Assembly (NCBI GenBank): GCA_001179505.1
Contig: CDMY01000138.1
Coordinates: forward strand, 1 to 64,000
Length of the DNA stretch: 64,000 nucleotides
DNA from: Vitrella brassicaformis CCMP3155
Lineage: Eukaryota; Protista; Chromerida
Direction of reading: 5' to 3'
The notes below the pieces were generated by a model. The model ran no database searches, was not told the origin of the DNA, and saw nothing but the letters and a program-made list of their open reading frames with translations. Shown piece by piece: positions 11,569 through 24,453 of this stretch. Positions within the stretch are counted from its first letter, which is position 1, and every line of letters starts with the position of its first letter. The translations under genes were made by a program, and so were the position numbers.

Positions 11569-12142
11569 TTGAAGGTGAAATAGCTGACGCATTCGGGCAG
11601 CAAGGGGACCAGGAATGGCTGAACGAGATCCGTAGACAACGGGTAGCCTTGTCTTGTACTGATGTGTGTGCGTGTGCGTGTCTTGTTGCTTCCTCACTCT
11701 TGCTCTGACAGAGTTCGTACAGCAGGTCCATCTTATGTCGGAAGTATTTCTGCGCCTCGTACATCTCCTTGTAGAAGTTGATCGACGATGTGATTCCGTA
11801 ACTGCGCATAAAGGACACATAACGACCAGAAATTTCGTGTGTGCGTGTGTCCCACGCGAATATGCATGAGCCGATGATCATTCCCCAAACGGCGAAGTGC
11901 CGCTCCTGGGGGGTGGTCAGCAGTGGCGAGCCATGACCGACAGACGACATGCTGAGCGTCGCGTTGATCGAGACACAGAAGAGGCACAGAAACACACGTA
12001 CATTTGAAATGCATATGTCTCGTGTTTTGTCTGCTTTCGTGATTACGGACGTCTGCAGCGTCCACACGAGAGCCAGCAGGTATTGCTTGGCATGTGCCTC
12101 GCCTTCCACCTCATTCACAGCCAGCCACTCCCTGCCATCATC
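11569..12142 (-). pseudogene. Fragment of a KCNH/CNG-like cation channel (pore helix, filter, S6, start of C-linker)
   Basis: Spliced QYLLALVWTLQT|MSSVGHGSPLLTTPQERHFAVWGMIIGSCIFA|YGITSSINFYKEMYEAQKYFRHKMDLLYE matches the Y..AL.W...T.T.VG.G...T..ER.F....MI.G...FA pattern. No S1-S4 or cyclic-nucleotide-binding exons were found. Confidence 0.55.
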
Positions 12143-12592
12143 CTGAATCACGCTCACACACATCATGAAGAAGGGTGATGGGGGAGGGGCTGAAGGCGGC
12201 CGCTGACGAGCAGCAGATCAGGAGGGCCATGCTATGTGGAGATGCATGGTGGCCCGGCTGACAAAGCCTTCGAATAAAGTGGCTGCCTCACGCCGCCTTC
12301 AGTGGCCTGCAGGCCCTCGATATCCACATGACGCACAAAACGCCGCAGCAGGAGGCCTGCCAGACCAACACACATACACACCTCCTCAAGTGGACACCAC
12401 AGGATGGAGTGCATCCAATGGCTTTTCGAAGTACTTTTGGCGTCTGTCAGGTTCCTCCAACGAAGCAAGAGAAAAGGGAACTGGCAGGGGAGATCTCCGC
12501 GTCTGCGAGCTTAGCCGCGAGCTTAGAATTCACAAACGCACGATTGGGCAGCAGGCCGCAGGGCAATTGCAAAGCATCCTGCTGGTGTGAGC

Positions 12593-15429
12593 ATGGCGGA
12601 CCTTGAAGAAAACCTGGAATTCAACCCGGTAAGACAGAGTTGCATCATAGAAACAGGTCAGATCTGGCCTGTGCGATGTGATTGATTCATCCTCTGCAGC
12701 GGCGTTCGGCCGTCTACTCCCTGCACGGCATGGTGGCATCGTCTCAGCCGATGGCCACCAACCTCGGCCTGGACATCCTCAAGAAGGGAGGCAACGCAGT
12801 GGACGCTGCCATCGCCGTATCGGCCGCACTCGCGTAAGGCTGGCACACCACACAGACAGAGTGGGCGGCGCTGCTCATTGTACTCACTATTTGACTTTGC
12901 AGAGTGACTGAGCCCCGTTCGACGGGTATCGGTGGTGATTGTTTCATGCTCTACTTCAGCAACAGCGACAAGAAGGTCTACGGGCTCGATGGCAGCGGAC
13001 GCAGCAGCTCACAGTACACACAGATGCTCACAGAGAGGCGGCTGTGTATGTCTGTCTATGGGTGTGCTGTGCGGGTGCTTGCTGTAACTAACGTCAGGTT
13101 GACGTGTGAGTACGTGCAGCAGACGATAGGCGCGTTTGAGGGCGACAACAGGTTCCACGCCCTCTCCGTGACGGTGCCGGGGGCCATTGCCGGCTGGATG
13201 GACGCACTTGGTAAGAAGCTGGCAGCTGCCTTACTCTACGCACCACTCCACCCATTCATTGCTGCTGTGCTGTGCGCCTGATCTCGTGTGCAGATCGGTG
13301 GGGCAGCATGCCGCCATCCGATGTGTTGGCCCCTGCCGTCAAACTGGCCAGAGAGGGATTTGCTGTAGGTAAGCGAACGCAATAGATCGATGGATCCGAT
13401 CCACGAACGCATCCATCGCTCTCTGCGGCCGGCGTGTGTCAGCCCCCTTGACGGCCTACCACTGGAAGAGGGGAGAGGCATTCATCAAACGAAATGACGA
13501 AAGGCAAGACAGACAGACATGCAACGACACATACGATAAAGGCCTGTGGCACCCTATGGCACCAATCAATCAGGAGTCGCGGCGCCCTGCTGATCGACGG
13601 CAGGGCGCCGAGGGCAGGAGAGCTGTTCAGAAACCCCAAACTGGCCGACAGTAAGCTGACACTGCCATGCAGACAGGGGAAGAAAGGCGGTATCTATCGT
13701 GTCTGTCTGTCTGTCTGTCTGTCTGTCGTGTCGTCAGCGTTGGAGCGTGTGGGTGCGGAGGGCGCCAAGGCCTTCTACACGGGGCTTACTGCCGAAGCCA
13801 TTGTCAAATGCGTCAACAAACACGTACGCAGCCGGGGCAGGGGATGCACTGTATTTATTCACCCACCCCCCCGTCTGCGTCTGTCTGTCTTGTTGTTTTT
13901 TAGGGTGGCGTCATGGCCCTGGATGATTTGTCGAGCCACACGACCACCTTCCCTGAGCCAATCAGTGTCAACTACAAAGGTGAAATGACCACGGCTCTCT
14001 CTTAGTGATCGCTCTCATGCTGCATGAATCTGTGCGTGCCTGTGTGCTCTATGTGTTTGTTCAGGGTATGAGGTGCATCAGATCCCTCCGAACGGCCAGG
14101 GGCTCGTGGCCCTCCTAGCCATGAACATCGTCAAAGGTAGACGGCTGACTGGCTGGTGGAGGGATACGTGCCGTATGTCAGTCCACTCACTCATCCACTC
14201 GCAGGCCTGGACATTGGCTCATTTGGCCACAACTCCGCCCTCTACTTGCACCGCTGCATCGAGGCGCTCAGACTCGCATTCGCAGACGGAAAGAGGTAAC
14301 AATAACAGACCAACCTCACACACCTGCTATCAGTGTATCACACGTGTGTGTGTGTGTGGTTGTGCAGGTACATCGGTAACCCTGAAGTCGGCCCGGCGTG
14401 TCCTGTGGAAGGTCTGCTGTCCGACGCTTACACGCAGGACCGCATCAGGTGCGTCCTGCCTGACCATGCGAACCCCGCCATCAAATGCGGCACACCCGTG
14501 GCATCATCAAGTGAGTCGGGACATCAGCCAATGTGCAACACCCCTGCATGTGTCTTTGTGTGGGTGTGCGGGTGGACAGGCACGGTGTCGTTCCAAGTCG
14601 TTGACGACGGCGGCAACGCAGTGTCAATGGTCAACAGCAACTGCAGTGGGTTTGGCACGGGTACGCAAACGAATAGAATACACACACAGGTCAGGGCGTG
14701 GAAAGGTCGCTGGGTGGTGGGGCGTGTCTGTCTGCATTTGATTTGGGCCTGCAGGTCTGATCCCTGACGGCGAGGGGTTCCAATTGCAGAACAGGGGCGC
14801 CAATTTCTGTGTGGACCGGACGTCTCCCAACTGTGCCGGGCCGAGGAAGCAGCCGTACCACACCATAATTCCAGCCATGGTGACCAAGGACGGCGAGCTG
14901 TGGAGCACCTACACCAACATCGGCGGCTTTATGCAGCCACAGGGACACCTCCAGGCGGGCACTCATGCAGTGCAATGGTCTGCGTGTCTGTCTAACTCCC
15001 CTTCCCTTTGTGTGTGGATGAATGGATGGATGTGTACAGCTGTTGCTGGATCAGGTGGAATACGGCATGGACCCCCAGGCGGCCCTCGACCAGCCCCGCA
15101 TCTGCCTCACACCTGAGAGGGACCCACCCACAGTCAGCCTCGAGGACGGCATCACCCCGCACGTGGCCAACGAACTCAGGCAGATGGGCCACCGCATCAA
15201 CGATGGTGCGGATGTCCCGTCCGCACGACGCAGCACAAACGATGCGTAAAGGCTCGGTGCGTGCGTAGTCCTGTTTGGTTGTGTGATGGTGTGGCGTGCA
15301 GGTGTGGGGGGCCAGGACAGGGCCTTGTTCGGTCGTGGCCAGATAATCAACCGAACGGTGTCTCACGGGCAGCGTGTGTGGGTGGGCGGCAGCGACGGAC
15401 GGGCCGACGGCTGCTGCATGGGCTACTGA
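12593..15429 (+). CDS. GGT: Gamma-glutamyltranspeptidase / glutathione hydrolase (multi-exon)
   Basis: All exons traced in frame: [71 protein letters not shown] (Thr nucleophile)..[43 protein letters not shown]. Two introns use GC donors. Confidence 0.93.
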
Positions 15430-16783
15430 GTGAGTGAGTGAGTGAGTGAGTGAGGGAGGGAGGGATGGGGGCAACGCATTCCATTGGAGCTGTGGTGGGT
15501 GCGCAGCAGTCATGGTTGGTGCGCTTTGTGGATAAGACAACCTAGGCAGCTCGCTATGGTGTGAGTGCGTGGTTGGCGACGCACATCTCAGTGGATTGCT
15601 TCCTTTTGAATTGATGAGTGCACAAATGTGTACGCACATTCGAGGACGCAGTCCTCATGCGCACCCCAAGCATGCATGTCACACACCATGCACAAACACG
15701 CCCGAACTTGAACACGTACACAAACGCATCTGTTTCTTCAAAAGACACTCTCAGCTCGATAAAGCCCTCAATCGCGCTGGATTGACACCGTAGGGACGCA
15801 GCTATCGTCTTGCTGCAGACAGAGAGACGTAGATCAACGAATGCAGCTGGTGGATGGCTGCTGAAGTTCAACGACGATTTGGCCCGGAAGATCGCCCCTC
15901 TCGTCCTCTAAAGTCACATGAGTCGCGGGATGCGCCTTGTGCATTGCAGCCTCGTCTGTGCTCCACACAAGCCCTCCGGCGCGCTGCATGAGTGCACGCT
16001 GCAATGGGGCTCCAATGCCTCACACAATCTGCGTCTCCAAACCGTCTCTGGTCGGCTTGTTCTCGCTCAGGAAGCAGGTTGCTGCACGTGTTCGACGCTG
16101 CTGAGCCTTCTGTCACTCAATTGCAGTCGAAGTGGCCTCCTTCGAAGGACTTCTCCCCGATCGGGATGTCCATCCATCCATATATCCATCCATCTGTCGC
16201 ATCTCGCACGCACCTCTCTCTGGCTATGCGGATGGTTTCAATCGGTGAGATGCTTGCTTGATTCAATGCCTGTGGTGTGCCTGGCTACTGATATCGTTTT
16301 TCTTCTGCATGTGTGTGCGTGTACGTGTGCGTGTGTGCCCTTCATCTGCACGCCTTCAGACAACCAAGGTGCACACAAACAAACAGACAGACAGACAGAT
16401 GGATCCACGCGAGAGTGAGAGAGGCGTGTTGATGGCCAAGCGCCGCTCGAGTGAGTGCGTCGAGAGCGTGGGACAAATAGAGGGCGGTACGTTAAGGGGT
16501 CCCAGGATGAGACCATACATACTGGGGTGCATATTTCGAAGAGACACCCACACACGCGTAAGTACGCCCATGCAGACCAGACGCACATCAGTGTCTTCAG
16601 CGTGGGACTGACGAGACAAAGCATCAGGCTGTGGAAACATTGATAGATGCTCCACGCATTCACCAAGACCGGTAGATATCCCACACACACAGCGTCTCTC
16701 AGCAGGCACCAAACACACTCTCACGAGCAGCGAGTACAGAGCAGGTCGCCAGAGCACAGCCCGCAGGTCTACATACTAGGTGT

Positions 16784-19047
16784 TTAGTTGACTGGCACGA
16801 GCAGCTCCTCCTCTTGCCTCCTCCGCGTCAGGGACGTGCACGAAACGGTCTCGTATCCCAGGTTCTTAATTATACCCTTCATGTGGCCCAAACCAACCAC
16901 TGCCACCATCCTGACAGACAGACGTCACACACGAACAGACAGATAGCAGATAGAGACGCACACACACACAAAGGGGCACCACCACTCTCTGCAGAGAGGT
17001 GTGCCTGCCCTGCTACCTACCGTGGCTGGTCGCTCTCGCGTATGCGCGCGGCCATGTACTCGTCCCTCTCCTGGATCATCACGGTGTACACCTGCACAAC
17101 CACCACCCCACCCCCCCACGCACAGAAGGTACGCCTCAACCGGATGCATGGATGGATGGATGGTTTAGTTATCTCGCACAAGTCAGTCTCTTTCCTACCT
17201 CAGGGAGTGCGTCCTTGAATGACTCGAACATCTCTTCCGCCACCGCCGGCTGCTTGATCACCTCTACCAGTGACCTGAACGCATCCAGCCAGCCAGCCAT
17301 CCATGGAGCGAGCAAAACAAGAACCCAAAACGGGCCGTTTCGCTGTGGTGTGTGTGCACTATCGCACCTGAGCTGCTCTGGGGTGAGTTGATCGATGTCA
17401 TTGGGGTCACCCACACCGGCCTCTGTCAGGGCGTCCTGCACACACACAGGCATGTCTGGCGCGTGTGCGTTGCTGTCGTGGGTGCTTTGGTGTGCGAGAG
17501 CATGTTAAGTGTACCATCACTCTGGGGGAGAACTCGATGGTCTCGAGGCGTTTGAGCAAATCGTTAAGGCCAATGCTGTTGAGGGCGTCGCTCAACCGCC
17601 GCAGGGTGGTCCGCACCGGACGGTCACCCAATATCAGCTCCGCATTCAGCCTAACACATACATTCGTTTGGAGGACAGACAGACAGACACCTTATGTCTG
17701 CTGTCGTTCAGACAGACACCTTATGTCTGCTGTCGTTGCTCGTTAGGCTAGGTGTGTACCTGTCAGCCTCCAGGGCAGCCACCAGGAACTCTTCGCTGCG
17801 ATGGACCCACACAGACACAGACACAGACACAGACACAGACAGACGGACAGACAGACGGGCAGACAGAGGGCGCGGCACACAACAGAGGAGGATTGATTAT
17901 TCAGCCGGTCGAGGGAGAAGTGCGTGAGTTTGGACCGAACGTACCCCGGCTTGAAGCCCTGCTTGGCGATGGTTTGGTAGAGGTTGCCGATGGCATAGCC
18001 AATCACGGCGGCATTCACGTCCCTCCACTTGTCACTCCAACTCTGCACACACAGGCGGTTATGTGTGCAGAGTCGATGCCACATGTGCGTGGGGCGATGG
18101 ATGGATGAGATCATCCGTCGTCCTGTTCTCATCTGATCTCTACTCACGACGTCAGGTCGCAGGATGATGTTCCTCAACTGGCCCATAGCTTGCAGCCAGC
18201 CTGGGCGAGCACTCTGTCCGAACGAATGGCACGCACACACACACGCACACACATCTTCACAGAAACCTGTACCCATCTGTCTGTCTGTCTGTCTGTGTCA
18301 ATCGATGCTCACCCCGACTTGTGGGGCGGCGTCGTTGCCGTCTGGCAGTCGGAACCTGCTCTTGTCAAGCTCGACGAACACAGCCGTCGGCCTCGTCTCA
18401 TCGATAATGCTCTTGACCAGATTGGCACTGACGCACGAGCGGATCACAGACAGGCAGACAGGCAGACAGATAGACAGACAGGCAGACAGGTATGAGGCCG
18501 AGCTGATCGAGTGGGTGGGTATAGGCAGGCACCTGACGGTCGAGATATGTGCTGTGCCGACGAGGACGACCTCCCTCCCCGTCTGGCGGTCTCGTAGAAT
18601 AGCCACAGTCTCGTCACACAGGACGGACGACGCACACGCCTGCACCATCCATCAATCAACAGCCAGACACTTACAAGCAGCTTGATGTGCGAACATCGAG
18701 TGCCTTTCCGCCCGCCGAGTGCAGTGCATCTACCGCACCTCTTTGGGCAATGTGAGCACATGCCATCCTACTGCTGCAGACGCCAAAGTGGTCCCAGCAC
18801 CAACAAGCCGCTGAGAAATGAGCTCCCTCCGGCTGCTCGTTGAGTCATGCGGCTCTTTCCTCTCTCTCTCTCGTCTAAGGGGAGAGTGGTCCCTCACGCT
18901 GTGGAGATCCATGCTCAAGCGTTGCAATGCCCTTCTCCCCGGTCGCCTGGGAACTGCTGGCCGCTGCAGTGATCGTGACGGCACAAAGGATAGATCTGCA
19001 CGGGAGCATGCTGCAAGCTGCATCACGGAGGCGATGAGCAGAGTCAT
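16784..19047 (-). CDS. TraB/TIKI-family protein with an N-terminal signal plus transit-like leader
   Basis: Motifs EVVLVGTAHIS, IIDETRPTAVFVELDKSR, VYTVMIQERDEYMAARI and MVAVVGLGHMKGI. The leader is MTLLIASVMQLAACSRADLSFVPS. The 3' end is approximate. Confidence 0.8.
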
Positions 19048-19147
19048 TGGCCCTCCCCTCTCTGCATGCTAAGCTCGCAAGCCGATCGCCTCTTCTTTTT
19101 TGAACGCTGGAACGCACGGTGGGGCGGGTGGGAAGACGGCAGAGACG
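19048..19147. promoter_or_regulatory. Very short putative bidirectional promoter
   Basis: About 100 bp separates the divergent ATGs at 19047 and 19148. Confidence 0.45.
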
Positions 19148-20906
19148 ATGTGGCCTGCCGTTTGTTTGTGCGGGCTGCTGGCACCGCTTGTGGAGTCGAG
19201 ATCTTTCACTCGAACACCGTCAGCATTCGTCCCCCTCTCCCCTCCCTCTCGCCCCGCCTCACCACCACCAGCCTCCCCCCTTGCCCCCCTCTACCCCTCC
19301 CCGTCTGCATCTCCCTCTGCATCTGCACGCCCGCCACGGCACCCCACCGGCGTCGAAGGCAGGAGCACTCTGCGGATGGGCATGCCGACGGTGACGATTC
19401 CGCGTACGATGCGTCCTCCGAAGGTGCCGCGTGACTACGAGAGGCTGCTGGAGAGCCGCAGCCCCGAGGACATCAACTACAACACGCGTCTGAGGGACCG
19501 TGACGACGTGGACATATACCAGATCGACCACCTCTACGGCCGCATCACCGACAAGGACGTGCTGCTCAAGAACATGGAGTATCTCATGTTCCAGGACGAC
19601 TTCCGCTCCGTCTACCGGCTGCTCAGAGACAACCCAGACGTCTTCACCAAGGAGGAGGCCTCGCGCATTCTACACAACTGCGTCAGGCTCATCCCCGTCT
19701 ACCCCGTGCGGGCAGACAGCGGGCTGCTGGACAAGCGGGCGGCTTTTGAATTCGCCAAGCGCTTCAGTGCCGTCTGGGACGGTCTCTGGGAACACGGCGC
19801 TCTGAAGCCAAGGCACCTTGCCAAGAACAGATGGAAGATGAAGAGAAAGGTCAGTCAGCCCGAGGGAGGGAGGCAGGGAGGGAGGCACGAGCTTAGCCAT
19901 GGGTGGATGCGTCATTGTGTGTGTTCCTTGGTTGGTGGCTTCGTTGTTCGCTGGTTGGTTGGTTGGTTTGTTTGTTCAGCAAAAGCTCGATGAAGTGTCG
20001 CCTTACCTGTCTGAGCCGCGTCGCCCTGACCCCGCCATCCGCGACAAGGCCAACAAGGACTTCACCGACGCACTTGCCGCCAAGGACGTCGAGAAGGCTT
20101 GCCTCGCACTCAGGAAATACACGAGGTCAGCCACAAGACAGAGTCAGAGAAAGAGTTTCGCACGAGCATATATGGGTGAGGTGACATGTGCGGTGTGCCG
20201 CGGTGTGGTGTGGTGTGGTGTGGTGCGGTGTGTCATGTCAGGTATATCGCGATGGATGCCGAGAAGCTGAACCGTTACTTGAATCTGTTCCAAGACATCC
20301 ACAGCGGTGAGGAGCGTGACGAGAAGAGGGAGGCGTACCTGCGGAAGGTCTGGTGGACCACCACACGCAAGAGCAAGGTCCTCATCAAACTCATGGAGCC
20401 ATTCGGCGAGGAGGGCGCCGAGGAGGCCAGGGAAGACTTCGACAAACAAATGGACATCTGGAAGTGAGAGATTAACCAATCCACACACCCACACAAACAC
20501 CCCCATCACCACCTCTCTGTGCTTGTCGATTCGATCAGGGCTGAACAGTGGCAGAAGAACGTCGACAAGTGGCTGGAGAAGGGCATCGACGTGCGCAAGT
20601 TCAACCGCGACTTCAGCAATGCGGTGCCGATGGACGCCGTGCCGGTGGTGGACGACCCCTACACATTCGACCTCGACGCATACTGGGAGCAGCTCGAGAG
20701 GGAGGGACGCCTGCCAAAGGTCAACCTGGACCACGAGGTCGTCGGCGAGGTGGCAGACGATGCCGCAATAGCTGAGGAAGAGGTCAGCCACAGCTCAGCT
20801 GCTTGTGGGTCTTCATCGATTGCCTCTGAGGTCCGTGCGTGTGCATGTGTCTGTTGCAGGCCGCCATCGAAGAGGGAGATGCGAGTGGGGCCACTGAAGC
20901 CAGCTG
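19148..20906 (+). CDS. Hypothetical protein with a bipartite plastid-type leader
   Basis: MWPAVCLCGLLAPLVESRSFTRTPSAFVPL followed by a Ser/Pro-rich segment. Long open exons with strongly C/G-ending codons splice in frame to TGA at 20904-20906. No family recognised. Confidence 0.75.
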
Positions 20907-21462
20907 AGCTTGAGTGTGTAGAGCCGCAGAGCACGACACAGGCGGGCGGCGCGTGGGTCTGCCTCCTTTCTGTCCCTTTGAGCAAGTGACGGCGCGTGTG
21001 CGCGTGTGTTGGTCTCAATGAGACGGCGGGCAGAGACATTCGCGTGTCTGCCTGCCCGTGTGTGGTTTGAGAACGAAGAGTCCGTTCATGGGCTGGCTTA
21101 GCTTTGTGACATACTCTATCTCGGATATTTCCGACGGTCGTACTGTCGTTTCGTGGGATTTGGAACCCATGCCATCGGATCATGGGGTTTCAATCGCACG
21201 AAATGCCAACACAACCGTCGGAAATATGCGAGTAGCTTGACGTCAAGTGGATCGACGCACTATTATTCCGGGAGCGTTTCCAACGGCGCGCCGTTAGAAA
21301 CGCCGGCCATTCCGAAACCAGCGAAGCCTTCCTCCTTTCAGCCTTTGCTCGTACTTTGCTTCCCTTCTCTCTCTCTTTTCGCTTTCGTGCTCCACACCTC
21401 TTGGTCCACAGCCTCCCTCCCTCCCTCTCCCTCCCTCTCCGCCAACCACCCACCCACACGAC

Positions 21463-22676
21463 GATGTCGGCTGCTCTGCTGAAGCTGCTCGGCTGCCTCC
21501 TCCTCCTCGCCGTCACCCTCAGTGAGCACACCGCCCGCAGCACGCCAGACAGAGACAGACAGACAGACACGAGCCGAGGTGCTCTCCTGTGCGCCTACAC
21601 CACCTTCTCCCTCCCCTGTGGCTGCTGACTGTCTTGTGCTCTCAGGTGCGGCTCAGCAGATCATCGTGGACGCCCTGGGCGATGTGGGCACGCAGCACAG
21701 CAAACTGCACGAGTGTCTCTGCTTCTCTCACTCCCTCCCTGTCTGTGTTTTGTGTGGTCCCCTTCCTCGTGTCGTGTGTGTCAGGATGAGCCTACCGAGC
21801 CGCCGAATCGCAAGCTGTCTTGTCCGAAGCAGTCCGCCCTGAAGGTCAAGGCGCCCATCGGCGGCGAGGCGTCCATCAAGCTGAGCGGCCGGGGCCACTT
21901 CGTGCGCGTGTCGCTCGATGCCGTGTCCAACGGCGAGATCAAGGGCGTCAGGACCACCTCCTTCAAGGTCTACGACAAGAACAGCAAAATCTCACAGAAG
22001 CCCCTCGGCGGAGGCAAAGTCACGCTCGGCGAGAGCTTCAAGGGCAAGAAGGTCGTCTTCAAGGTAAGTGGGTGGGACGGGTGGGCACCAGGTGGTGTGG
22101 TGTTGCGCATCGTGTTGTGTGTGTGTGGGCTGGTGTGCTGGCTGTGCTGTGTGTGGTGTGTGCTATGCTGTGATGTCAGCCGTCTGATGCGATCATAGCG
22201 GACGGCACGAGCGACGTGGGCGGCACTCTTTCGCTGAAGTGCCTGCCGGGCTCGTCGGCCATGACCGAGACTAAGAAGCTGACCTTCCAGATCGGCTACG
22301 ACATCGAGGTCAACGGCGCGGTCGTCAACGAGTTTGACGAAGTCTCCTGCATGGCCATCTTCGCCTGCAAGGACCCTGGTACGCACGGCACTGCACGGAG
22401 GGAGGGGAGGAATGGAGGGAGGGAGGAGACCCTCAACGCACTCGCTGTCTGTTCGTGTCATGTGTGCGCGTGTGTGGGTGCAGCAATGATGATCAAGAAG
22501 GCGGGGACGAACAACGCGGGCGCAAAGCAGGGGGGCTTCTTCAAGAAGTTCGGCAAGGTGCGGTGCGCGCACAACTAACCCAACACCATACACACCACAC
22601 CCACCTGTTCTGTGTGTGTGCGCTTGTGTCGTGGGTGTTGTGTCAGAACACCCTGTTGAAGCAGCAGCAAGTTTAG
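21463..22676 (+). CDS. Hypothetical secreted protein (Lys-rich, beta-strand-like)
   Basis: Signal peptide MSAALLKLLGCLLLLAVTL. GC3-biased exons such as KLSCPKQSALKVKAPIGGEASIKLSGRGHFVRVSLD and TLSLKCLPGSSAMTETKKLTFQIGYDIEVNG. Ends NTLLKQQQV*. Confidence 0.68.
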
Positions 22677-23249
22677 AGGGTGGTGGGGGCGGTCGGCTCC
22701 GAAATGTATTCGAACTGGACCGTACGTGACGTGACCGATGGATGGATGGCTGCCTGCCTGCTGGTGTGGTTGGTATGTGGTGCCGCCCATGTGATGTGAT
22801 GGTGGTTTGATGTGGTTGGCGTTTTCTTACTGCACGGCACGCTACACCAGAGCACACGTACGGCGTTCGTTTTGTTAGCCACTCGCACATTGTCTGCAGC
22901 TCCTGTGTTGTATACTCTGCTGGGGATGGGCGTGTGCGTGTTTCTTAACTCGTTTCTTACCTCTGACAGCTGCGTGGCACCATCGCACCATCGCAACAAG
23001 AATGTAAAGCGTCTTGTAGAACGTCTTGTCTACTGTTATGTTGGATGGGTTGTTGTTCGTCTTGTCACTGCACGTGTAGAGCATCGCATCTGTATCTTGC
23101 TGTCTTATGTAGTAGTGTTGTCTCCTGTGTGTTATGCATGGATTCTTCTGTCTCTGTTGGGCTGTAGTTCTACAGCGTCCTGCCTGCCTGTGTATATCTG
23201 TATTTGTTGGCTGATGCCTGCTTATGTACTTGTGTCTTTAATGTGGCTC

Positions 23250-23469
23250 TGAATGGGGGAGAGCGTGAGAGCTATAGCTAGCTGGCTGTTTGAGAGAAGG
23301 TCTGCATACAGGCACAAGAGACGGCATCTGAGGATGACTGAATGTGAATGTGTTCAAGTTGAATGGGGGAGAGCGTGAGAGCTATAGCTAGCTGGCTGTT
23401 TGAGAGAAGGTCTGCATACAGGCACAAGAGACGGCATCTGAGGATGACTGAATGTGAATGTGTTCAAGT
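23250..23469. repeat. Perfect 110-bp tandem duplication (2 copies)
   Basis: The unit tgaatgggggagagcgtgaga...aatgtgaatgtgttcaagt occurs at 23250-23359 and 23360-23469. Confidence 0.92.
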
Positions 23470-24453
23470 GTGAGTGACGTCGAACCGCCACGCCATGACA
23501 AGCGCATCAGCGCAGTTGTCACCAAAAAATTATCTACTGCGTGTCTTCGTATCGCGTCTTACAATGCCCCCTGCTCCCGTGCCACCACGGCACGTCGCAC
23601 ACGCAGTACACCATCCATTAAAACACAGACGTCACACCATGACAACACAGATGTCCAACATGCATCCGCCCTCAAAAAATCATGACTCAAAACGAGAGTA
23701 CAGGCCATCATCATAGCGCCCCACTCCAGCCCAGACAGAACATCAACCAAGCACCACCGAAGGCACGCTGCCTACCACTCAGCAGCTGGGTTGAACACTG
23801 CACGACCACTACGACTACGACTACACACAAGCGCACCAATCATCTCAATGAGCAATACGGCCAGTGAGAAAGGCAGGCAGGCAGGCAGGCAGGCAGACAG
23901 AGGGGGAGATATACACTCACTCAAGCCTGTCTGCGCGTGCAGCGCAGGCATCAAACAACAAAAGAAACATCAAACAACAAAAGAAACGTCTCCCCCGGTA
24001 TCGGGAGAGAGGAGAGGGAGGCCAAGCCAATCGAGACAGCCATCAGAACGCCACAGAGAGAGGCGATAGAACAACAGCACGCAGGGGCTGAGACGGCACA
24101 CACATCGACGTGCGCACAAGCGGCGCACCGCACCGCACACACGTGGAGGAGAGGAACGTACCAGAAGACACACAGACAGACAGACAGACCTTGACAAAAG
24201 CCGGACAGAGCACCCCACCCACAGAGACGCACAAGAAGGCGGACGAAATGCGACAGAAGTAGATCCCCCACAGACAGACAGAGAGACCGAAAGACAGAGA
24301 GAGAGAGAGAGACCCAAACTCACACACATTTGTAAACCACACACTTACTCTCGCGAGTACGAGAGAGGTGAACCACGCATATAAGTAAGTATAAAACCCA
24401 TGCATTGCATTGCGTTGCATTGGTGTCCGTCCGCCCACAGACTGTCTATCTAT

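Noticed and set aside
15430-16780. Possible extra gene or C-terminal TraB exons
   Set aside because: There are several short coding-like pieces, but I could not link them into a consistent frame.
17680-17737. 29-bp tandem duplication (also a 25-bp one at 29301-29350) considered as CRISPR-like
   Set aside because: Only two adjacent copies with no spacers, in a eukaryotic intron or intergenic context.
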